From Candidatus Iainarchaeum sp. (GTDB taxonomy: Archaea; Iainarchaeota; Iainarchaeia; Iainarchaeales; JAGVWC01): a stretch of DNA of 64,000 nt. Both the position numbers and the translations under genes were made by a program. Numbering within the stretch: the first letter of the stretch is position 1; each line of letters opens with the position of its first letter. Of this stretch, positions 57,269-64,000 are shown piece after piece. The stretch lies in the NCBI GenBank assembly GCA_018304465.1, contig JAGVWC010000011.1:32001-96000 (forward strand). Direction: 5' to 3'. The notes under the pieces were generated by a model. The model did no database searches and had not been told where the DNA came from. It saw only the letters and a list, made by a program, of their open reading frames with translations.

Positions 57269-58420
57269 TCAATTCGGAAGCGACAAATCCCATTCTATTT
57301 TTTGATTCCCCGTAAAATCATCCGTATCGGGATGCGCGGCCCAAGAGTCATTCAATGATCCGTTCAATCTCCCGGATTCGGTCCAGGTTCCCTCGATGAA
57401 CGCCAGAGTTATTCCCAGTGGTTCGTCGTACGATTGGGCGGTTTCTTCGCAGCCTTCTTCGTTGGTCTGGGTCACGGTAACGTGCACCATGACCGCTTTG
57501 TCCACGATGGGTCCCGAATAAGTTCCGTCCGCATAGACGCCGACATATCCATCCTCATATCGATCCAATACTTCGCTTCCACTGCCTGTTCGAACCGTCG
57601 TAGCGCAGTCGTCCCGGGTCGTTTCCTGAAACTCCCAGGTCAATAATCCGTCAGACCAATAATACGTCAAGGCCTCCGGATTCCGATACCCGAAAACAGC
57701 ATGTTCTTTCAAAGTCCCGCCCAGTATGGATACTCGAAGGAAATGGTTATACGAATAATTTCTCGTCGCCCATTCACGGGTGACCCAACTACACTGCAAC
57801 GGCGCCGAAGCCGCCCGGTTCATGATCTGGGTATTCAACGCGTCCAAATCCGCGGTACTTGTCAATTCGGCTAATTCGATCAAACGCCCCTTGCACAGGG
57901 TCGAATTCGTTAACACGCCTTCGATATACGCTTTGATCTTATTCTTCACCGCATCCATCAATTCCGGGTCCTTGATGCCAAGCGATTCGGCCCACGAAAA
58001 CGCATCCAACCATGCGCGCGGAGTGGATGCGGGATCCGATAACACGAACCGAACCCATTCCTTGATTCGGGCCACTACTTCAGCCGGCAATTCATCCTCC
58101 GAGACACCCGCTTCAATCAGGATCCGCATGGCCGCGGACTGCTGTGCGATCGTCGAAGAACTGCTTTTCATCACGTCTTTGGCGTCTTCGATCTTGGGAT
58201 CGTTGTCCGCGTCCGGATCCGGTCCCGGATTGTTTCCCAACGGACCCGAATCGTCATTCGAATCCGATGCGGGATTATTCGAACCGCTTGGCGGAAAAGT
58301 CGCCGCATTTGGACCCGTCGAAGACGGAACCTGGGCACAACCGACAAGCCACACGAGCAAAAGCACGGCCAACGGCCACACGATCAATCGAAGACGCCTA
58401 TTCACGGGAAAACCAATCAC
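57269..58420 (-). CDS. Hypothetical acidic lipoprotein
   Basis: Signal ending WLVGC, low-complexity P/S/N/D linker, helical then beta-rich domain. Confidence 0.7.
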   Translation of the reverse strand: MIGFPVNRRLRLIVWPLAVLLLVWLVGCAQVPSSTGPNAATFPPSGSNNPASDSNDDSGPLGNNPGPDPDADNDPKIEDAKDVMKSSSSTIAQQSAAMRILIEAGVSEDELPAEVVARIKEWVRFVLSDPASTPRAWLDAFSWAESLGIKDPELMDAVKNKIKAYIEGVLTNSTLCKGRLIELAELTSTADLDALNTQIMNRAASAPLQCSWVTREWATRNYSYNHFLRVSILGGTLKEHAVFGYRNPEALTYYWSDGLLTWEFQETTRDDCATTVRTGSGSEVLDRYEDGYVGVYADGTYSGPIVDKAVMVHVTVTQTNEEGCEETAQSYDEPLGITLAFIEGTWTESGRLNGSLNDSWAAHPDTDDFTGNQKIEWDLSLPN

Positions 58421-58625
58421 GCTATCAGAATGAATTTTCCTACTATTTATGGATTGCGTTATGAATCGCTCATTACGCTTCCGTGTCCCATTTCACGAAG
58501 AAGTCTTCCCGCGACCGCACAAATCCAAACGAGCCGAGGCCATTTTGCAGGGAAAAGATATACAGTTGTGAAGGCAAAAAAAAGCATATTTTTATGGGAA
58601 CAAAACCGCCGTAAAACCACGTTTT

Positions 58626-60917
58626 TCAGGGATTCCGTTTCAGGAGAACCCCTGATTTGGCTTCCATTGCAATCGAGGAAACCGGCGCGCCCGAAAGCGT
58701 ATAAAACGTGCCTGCAAGCGAAACCGTTTCGGTCACGGTTCCCGAATTCACGAGCACGAGCACGTTTTGGTATTCGCGCTCATACACGCCGACGGTTCCG
58801 GAACGCAGGTGATATTCTTCACGCGGCTGCCCCACGTTGGTGTCCCACGCGTCAAAATGCACGTAGGTCTGGTAGGGCCCCGGATCCAAACCGAAATGAA
58901 AAAACGCGAACCGCTGGTTTCCAAGCAAGAAAGTCGCGAACGAATAGGACGCCACTTTTTTCATCTGAATGGTATCCGGATCAGAGGGATTGAGCCTATT
59001 CGCGTCCGGCAACCGGAGCCGCCCTTGTGCAAGATAAATCCGCGTCTTCGAAATCGAATTCAGTTCATCCAACTGCTTTTTCCAAGTGGCGCCTGAAAGC
59101 CACGAACCAATGGGAGCCGTCCACGGAGACGCGACGAATTGCTCGTCCATTCCCCCATCAGTTAAACTCGGAAACGAATCGTCTTCGGTCCAACTGTAAA
59201 TGATTCCGTTAAAAACAGTGAGCTTGGGCTTGATTGCGGCCCGAACGAACGAAATCGTATCACTCATGCGCTGGGGCCACGCGTCAATGAAAGCCTGATC
59301 CGGTTCGGACAATGCCCGATAACTCACATACACCGTGCTGTAGGGCTCAACCGGAGTTCCGAGCACGATCTGGTTTTTGGAATAGCTTCCGCCTGCAAAA
59401 AAATCGGTTCCGGTTTGGTCCGGATTATCGAACGCCGTGATGTCGTTTTCACACGCGTAATACGGTTGTGGCGTGTGCAAATTCTCATCCGGCAGATCAA
59501 TGGTTTTTCCGTCGGATCCGACCGTCTGGGACTCGCTTGAAACCCAGCGGATAAATCGGTTGGCGGTCACAATCCGTCCCAGCGCGTTGTCCAGGAATAT
59601 TCCGTCCAAATTTTGGTTTTTGGAAAGAAGCGCTTTCGAATAATCGGCCAACGCTTCCCGCCAAGCGGTTTCCGGATTGATGAGATACCCCGTGAAATAA
59701 CAACGGTGCCGCAGACGGTTTTCGCGAGTAACCGGATGGTTCCGGGCATGGGCAAAGGCGTTCTCGTTGTCTTTGATCGCGTCCCAGACCTCTTTCACCC
59801 AGGTTTCATTCTCGTAAACCGTGTAGGTCTGGGCATACTCGACCACGGGAAGACGGTTACTGGATTGAGACAACAACTCCGATCCAAATACCAGGCCCCG
59901 AATCGAAAAATCCAGTTTGTCAAGCAAAAAATCATGAATTTGCATCGGATCCGTGACTTCCGAGACCGTTCCGTCAAGATGAAACCGCTGTACTTTCGTC
60001 ACATTGTAGGCCGGAAACTGGATTTTGACTATATCGGACTGGCTTGCGATCAGACAATCCCACGGGCAATTGTCTGTTCCCTCGCCTTTGCCGCACACCT
60101 GGTCCCCGCAGACACCCGCGCAATCCGAAGGACACGTCAACGCGGTTTCGCCGGCTTCGCACGCGTCGTTTCCGCACGAGTTGCATTGCGAAACATCGAA
60201 CCCAGAACAATCCGGCTTGCAGGAAAGCGATCCGCCTGCGAAGCCCTGCAATCCACAAGTCTGGGAATTCAAGTCGGAAGAATCACAGGATTCGAATCCC
60301 TCAATGATTCCGTTTCCGCAGGAGTAGACCGGCGGGGTTTCCAAAATGCATTGTTTGACATCAAAGCTTCGGCAATCGGACGCACACAACAAGGTTCCGC
60401 CTTTAAATCCAAACGACCGGCAGGTAGTGCCGTTTAACTTCTCCTTGTCGCAGACCTCCGGCGTTTCAATCACCGAATCGCCGCACACGGGCCGTGAACC
60501 GCAATCATTCGAATTGCAGACGGGTAAAGCCGGACAATCGACTTTACACGAATTCGAATTCTCGCCGATTTCTGATTCACACACGCCATTGGCATTGCAC
60601 ACCCAACAATCCAATAAACAATTATTCACGTTCTCGCCGGTTTCACACACCGAATTCCCGCAAAGGTACTCCGGATTCGACACCGGAAGAACCGGGTCCG
60701 GCAAATTTCCGAAAAAATTGGCATCACTGTTTGAGTCGCCTACCGGCAAAGCAGGCGGTCTTTGAACCGACAGCCCCACCCAAGTGATTCCGATAACAAG
60801 AACAACAAACAAGACCAAGGAAACCGTGTTAAGCATTTGATTGATCGGCGCCTTGCCAGACGGTGTGGACACGAACACAAGATCTTTCGATGCGTCGGAT
60901 TCCATGTAGATTAACAA
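58626..60917 (-). CDS. Membrane-anchored surface protein: Cys-rich repeats plus putative glycoside hydrolase (GHL15-like) domain
   Basis: TM helix, the same Cys-repeat types as 27100-29967, DGIFLDN, ATFLLG, VGQP, GVYEREY..VLVLVN. Confidence 0.72.
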   Translation of the reverse strand: MLIYMESDASKDLVFVSTPSGKAPINQMLNTVSLVLFVVLVIGITWVGLSVQRPPALPVGDSNSDANFFGNLPDPVLPVSNPEYLCGNSVCETGENVNNCLLDCWVCNANGVCESEIGENSNSCKVDCPALPVCNSNDCGSRPVCGDSVIETPEVCDKEKLNGTTCRSFGFKGGTLLCASDCRSFDVKQCILETPPVYSCGNGIIEGFESCDSSDLNSQTCGLQGFAGGSLSCKPDCSGFDVSQCNSCGNDACEAGETALTCPSDCAGVCGDQVCGKGEGTDNCPWDCLIASQSDIVKIQFPAYNVTKVQRFHLDGTVSEVTDPMQIHDFLLDKLDFSIRGLVFGSELLSQSSNRLPVVEYAQTYTVYENETWVKEVWDAIKDNENAFAHARNHPVTRENRLRHRCYFTGYLINPETAWREALADYSKALLSKNQNLDGIFLDNALGRIVTANRFIRWVSSESQTVGSDGKTIDLPDENLHTPQPYYACENDITAFDNPDQTGTDFFAGGSYSKNQIVLGTPVEPYSTVYVSYRALSEPDQAFIDAWPQRMSDTISFVRAAIKPKLTVFNGIIYSWTEDDSFPSLTDGGMDEQFVASPWTAPIGSWLSGATWKKQLDELNSISKTRIYLAQGRLRLPDANRLNPSDPDTIQMKKVASYSFATFLLGNQRFAFFHFGLDPGPYQTYVHFDAWDTNVGQPREEYHLRSGTVGVYEREYQNVLVLVNSGTVTETVSLAGTFYTLSGAPVSSIAMEAKSGVLLKRNP

Positions 60918-61057
60918 AGAGGATTCGCCAATAAAAAGCTAACTGAAAAAAAGATTTTTTTTCTATTTGGAAACGCGAAATCCGTTTTTTTTCAAATCCA
61001 AAATCACGGAATTTAGCTTCTCGATTATTTTCCCACAGCCCGATGGCAATTCAAAAC

Positions 61058-61092
61058 AAAAAAAATAAAAAGATTAGAGGCGATTCGCCTCT
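61058..61092 (-). terminator. Terminator-like hairpin
   Basis: AGAGGCGA-T-TCGCCTCT inverted repeat with T-rich tracts following on both strands, just after the DUF4382 gene stop. Confidence 0.55.
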
Positions 61093-61101
61093 TTTTTGAC
61101 C

Positions 61102-62451
61102 TTACGGAATCGAAATAATGCCGTCGACTCCGATCTCGAGAATGACTTGGGGTCCAATGCGCATATCGACACCCATCTCGCCGTCTTCATTCATTCCAAC
61201 AGCGTGTTTGGTCGTGGTGATTCCACCCACTAAGATCACTTTTTGGCCTTGGGTCACCGAAACATCCACTTCGGATTTGGTTTCAACCAAGATAACGGGG
61301 GCCAAAATATACTTTCCATTGCCCGTTACATGCAGCGAATCATCCGCATTAAAATCCAATACCGCAGTGGCCGTCTCGTTTTGGTCCACTTCAAGATTGG
61401 CGTCAATTCGCAGTACATTTGACGGAAGCTTCGCGGTTTTGGCCTGGTTATCGACCGTCAAGTTGACATCGGACACGGATAACCGAATCTGATCATATGT
61501 TCCGGCCATCACATTGACATCCGCCATCAATGCGATTGAACTGTCGGCACTCAATGCGATCAGGTCGAATGTTTGCACCGAAGAAGAAATGGTATTCCAC
61601 AGGCCTGCATTCGAATCGCGGACTTCCACGCGTGTAACCGTCAGCAAAATACTGGTTACATTGTTCAAGTCTTTTTTGGCATCCGTGATTCCAATGACCA
61701 CGCGTCCGTTTCCCCGGCCTTGCGGACCAAGACCAATTCTAATTTTGCCTTGGGCATCAATGTCAAGGGCCGTGTCGCGGGGAATGCCGATTCCAACACC
61801 CATGTTTCCCTGGATGTCCATTCCGAATTTGGCGTTTGATTTAACAGTTCCGCCTCGAACTGAAATGGAATTGTTCGAACCTGCTTCAACTGTTGCATTG
61901 CTTCGGGTTTCCATTTGAATTACCGGCGCCAGAATATATTTGCCGTTTCCCGTGACATGCAATGATTCGTCAGCCAATACATCCAAAACAACAGTCGAAG
62001 TCGAGTTGCTATTGACATCTAATTGCCCCACTAGTTTTAGTTCGTTGGATGGCAATTTGGCTTCGGTGGTTCCGGTTTCATCCGTGACCATCACTTTAGA
62101 AATCTGCAACCGCAACTGCTGATACGTTCCAGGCTGCAAATTGACATCCGTCAATGCAACCACCATGGATTGCGACTTTAAGGCCAACAAATCCACTGTT
62201 TTGGATGTGGATGATACGGTTACCCAGCCTTTGGATGCACTATGCACTTGAATCTGATCAATCGTCACATCGATTTTTGATACGGACTCCATGTTTGCGG
62301 CCGCATCCGTGATTCCGATGACTATCCGACCGGTTGAGGCACCACCATTTGGATTCGACGGGGCACTTGTACAACCAACGAGTAATAGCAGAAGTACTAA
62401 GGCCACCATTCCGATTGGAACTGAAAAACGCTTCAAACTCATTCTATCCAC
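61102..62451 (-). CDS. Lipoprotein with two tandem DUF4382 domains
   Basis: LLLVGC signal. Duplicated GRxVIGITDA...DLxAL...GTYxQxRL...AKLPSN...SLHVTGNGKYILAPVI. Confidence 0.85.
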   Translation of the reverse strand: MDRMSLKRFSVPIGMVALVLLLLLVGCTSAPSNPNGGASTGRIVIGITDAAANMESVSKIDVTIDQIQVHSASKGWVTVSSTSKTVDLLALKSQSMVVALTDVNLQPGTYQQLRLQISKVMVTDETGTTEAKLPSNELKLVGQLDVNSNSTSTVVLDVLADESLHVTGNGKYILAPVIQMETRSNATVEAGSNNSISVRGGTVKSNAKFGMDIQGNMGVGIGIPRDTALDIDAQGKIRIGLGPQGRGNGRVVIGITDAKKDLNNVTSILLTVTRVEVRDSNAGLWNTISSSVQTFDLIALSADSSIALMADVNVMAGTYDQIRLSVSDVNLTVDNQAKTAKLPSNVLRIDANLEVDQNETATAVLDFNADDSLHVTGNGKYILAPVILVETKSEVDVSVTQGQKVILVGGITTTKHAVGMNEDGEMGVDMRIGPQVILEIGVDGIISIP

Positions 62452-62529
62452 CCAATAAACATGAGTAATATTTCAATATAAATCAGTTGCTTTTATAGCG
62501 ATCGGCCATTGTGACGAGTAACAAACCCG

Positions 62530-62587
62530 GCCAAAAGTCTTATTTTTCCTGTTCGTTTTTATTCCAGTGGATGAAAATATCTTCCCA
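62530..62587. repeat. Dispersed ~58-bp repeat, copy B
   Basis: See copy A. A left-half copy D lies at about 63015-63040. Confidence 0.85.
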
Positions 62588-62635
62588 GAATTGTTCATGC
62601 CAAAAATGTGTAAATGTGATTGACCACGAAATGAC

Positions 62636-62995
62636 CTATGCTCGTTTTGGGTTTAATGCGGATTCCAATTTAGCCCATATTTTTTTGAACTGTTGAGGAG
62701 AACAGCTTTTTTGCAATTGCAAACGGAATGATTTCTTGCTGATGACTCCCGAACGGATTAACTGGGCTGCAAACCCAATCCTGAATTGCTCGCTCTGAAT
62801 AATCTTCGGAACAGGGATTGCGTTCGTAGGAATAAACATCGGGCCGACGGGCTGCCGTTCTCGAATCTGCTTTTTCGCATAGTCGTTCATTCTCCATTTA
62901 ACGGTATTCACCGTTTTTCTGATTTGGCGTGCAGTACTTGGCCTTCCTCGTGTTGCCGTTTTCGTTTTCGGCTTTTTTTGTTTTCTCACACTCAT
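62636..62995 (-). CDS. Hypothetical basic protein
   Basis: MSVRKQKKPKTK... ORF with GAGG upstream of the ATG. Confidence 0.55.
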   Translation of the reverse strand: MSVRKQKKPKTKTATRGRPSTARQIRKTVNTVKWRMNDYAKKQIRERQPVGPMFIPTNAIPVPKIIQSEQFRIGFAAQLIRSGVISKKSFRLQLQKSCSPQQFKKIWAKLESALNPKRA

Positions 62996-63154
62996 TTCCT
63001 CCTCAGCCAATCGGCTTATTTTTCCTGCTGATTTTTATTCTTTTGATTTTTGTCAGCCAAGAAACGTTTTTTGTTGTTAGAACTTGCTCTTGTCACATTA
63101 TTTTTAATTGTGCAAAGAAACGATTCTTTCTCCTCTGGATATAACTCAGGGCCC

Positions 63155-64000
63155 CTATGCGCTTTGTTTTTGCTTGATAACATCTCGCATTTGGTATAAC
63201 CGACTTTCAGCAATGCCGGTAATTTCGGTTACACGAGTCGGATGATAACCGCGCCGCAAGAATTCTTCTGCAATCGTGTCTCGGATGAACTTCAAGGGAA
63301 TTCTGAGCTGTTTGGCCATTTTTCTCCAATTGAAGCTCATTGGCGTTTTTTTCGGCATGAAAACACGAATGATCCGCTTCTTTGCTTTTTTGCTTTCCTG
63401 AAATCGTCGGCCAGTAATTCCATGGGCAACTCTGACTTTGGTAGCGGATTGACGAATTGCGTTGATGGTGGTCGAGTACCCGTGACGGGATTCGCGTTCG
63501 AGTGCTCGCTGTGCAATTCTATCGCGCGGTTCAAAAGTGAGTTTGAATGCTTTTCGGAGAAATTCTTCTCTCCGCGCCGCATTGGGTATACGCTTTCCTT
63601 CGAATGATCTTCGCTCTTGAAGGCTTCGGATTTTTTTGGCGATTCGTGTCACTGTTTCTAATCCGACAAAGATATGTTGGTCGGCCAATCGACCCGGAAT
63701 TTCTGTTTCGGTATACTTGAATTTTCCTTCCGGTGTTCGCGCTGAAAGAAGTTTGGCAACAGCATCCCACGCGTCTTTGCGAACACGAGCCTTGGCAATC
63801 TTTTGTCCCACGCTCTTAGTGTTTTTTCGTCCGTGGATTCGATTGTTCATACTTTTGACTCCCGCAAAGGAGATCCCTGATTTAGCAGCAATCTCCCCAA
63901 GAGTCATCTTTCTTCCGCGCAATTTAGATGTAACCCAATCAACGGTCGCTGGTTCCAATATAGTCTCCAATCGTCGGCTTCTGCCATTGGCCGCAATTCC
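63155..64000 (-). CDS. Very basic hypothetical protein with HTH-like segments (frame open to window edge)
   Basis: MTLGEIAAKSGIS and PTRVTEITGIAES HTH-like stretches. No stop between 63970 and 64000. Confidence 0.6.
   Translation of the reverse strand, partial: GIAANGRSRRLETILEPATVDWVTSKLRGRKMTLGEIAAKSGISFAGVKSMNNRIHGRKNTKSVGQKIAKARVRKDAWDAVAKLLSARTPEGKFKYTETEIPGRLADQHIFVGLETVTRIAKKIRSLQERRSFEGKRIPNAARREEFLRKAFKLTFEPRDRIAQRALERESRHGYSTTINAIRQSATKVRVAHGITGRRFQESKKAKKRIIRVFMPKKTPMSFNWRKMAKQLRIPLKFIRDTIAEEFLRRGYHPTRVTEITGIAESRLYQMRDVIKQKQSA

Noticed and set aside
56584-62587. CRISPR array interpretation of the repeats
   Set aside because: Copies are kilobases apart and degenerate, with no regular spacers or cas genes.

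Overview
This window is a gene-dense chromosomal segment of a small-genome archaeon. A DPANN lineage such as Iainarchaeota/Diapherotrites is inferred from the TrmB regulators, class III signal-peptide pilins, an HTH_10 regulator and TATA-like promoters. (1) 0.3-13.3 kb: a branched-chain amino acid type (Liv) ABC transporter whose livHM/G/F genes are split apart by five substrate-binding paralogs. Four of these are each paired head-to-head with their own TrmB regulator around a shared TTGT-N16-ACAA palindrome; a DppA-like peptidase is included. (2) 13.7-27 kb, the best candidate for an undescribed system: seven divergent genes, each encoding a variable helical domain plus a phospho-His swivel domain, and only one stand-alone PEP-synthase/dikinase ATP-grasp gene. 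No pyruvate-binding barrel is present. A histidine-phosphatase-fold gene and an MBL hydrolase flank them. This resembles a split, modular rifampin-phosphotransferase-like kinase array. (3) Housekeeping and bacterial-type metabolism: trxB, PduO, zwf-cyclase-gnd, ThpR. (4) A type IV pilin cluster with a nested vWA/LVIVD adhesin and glycosyltransferases. (5) A variable surface-protein/lipoprotein region with Cys-rich stalks carrying different glycan heads, pseudogene remnants and a dispersed ~58-bp repeat. No rRNA, tRNA, CRISPR array or transposase was recognised. Family assignments come from motif recognition by eye, not database searches.
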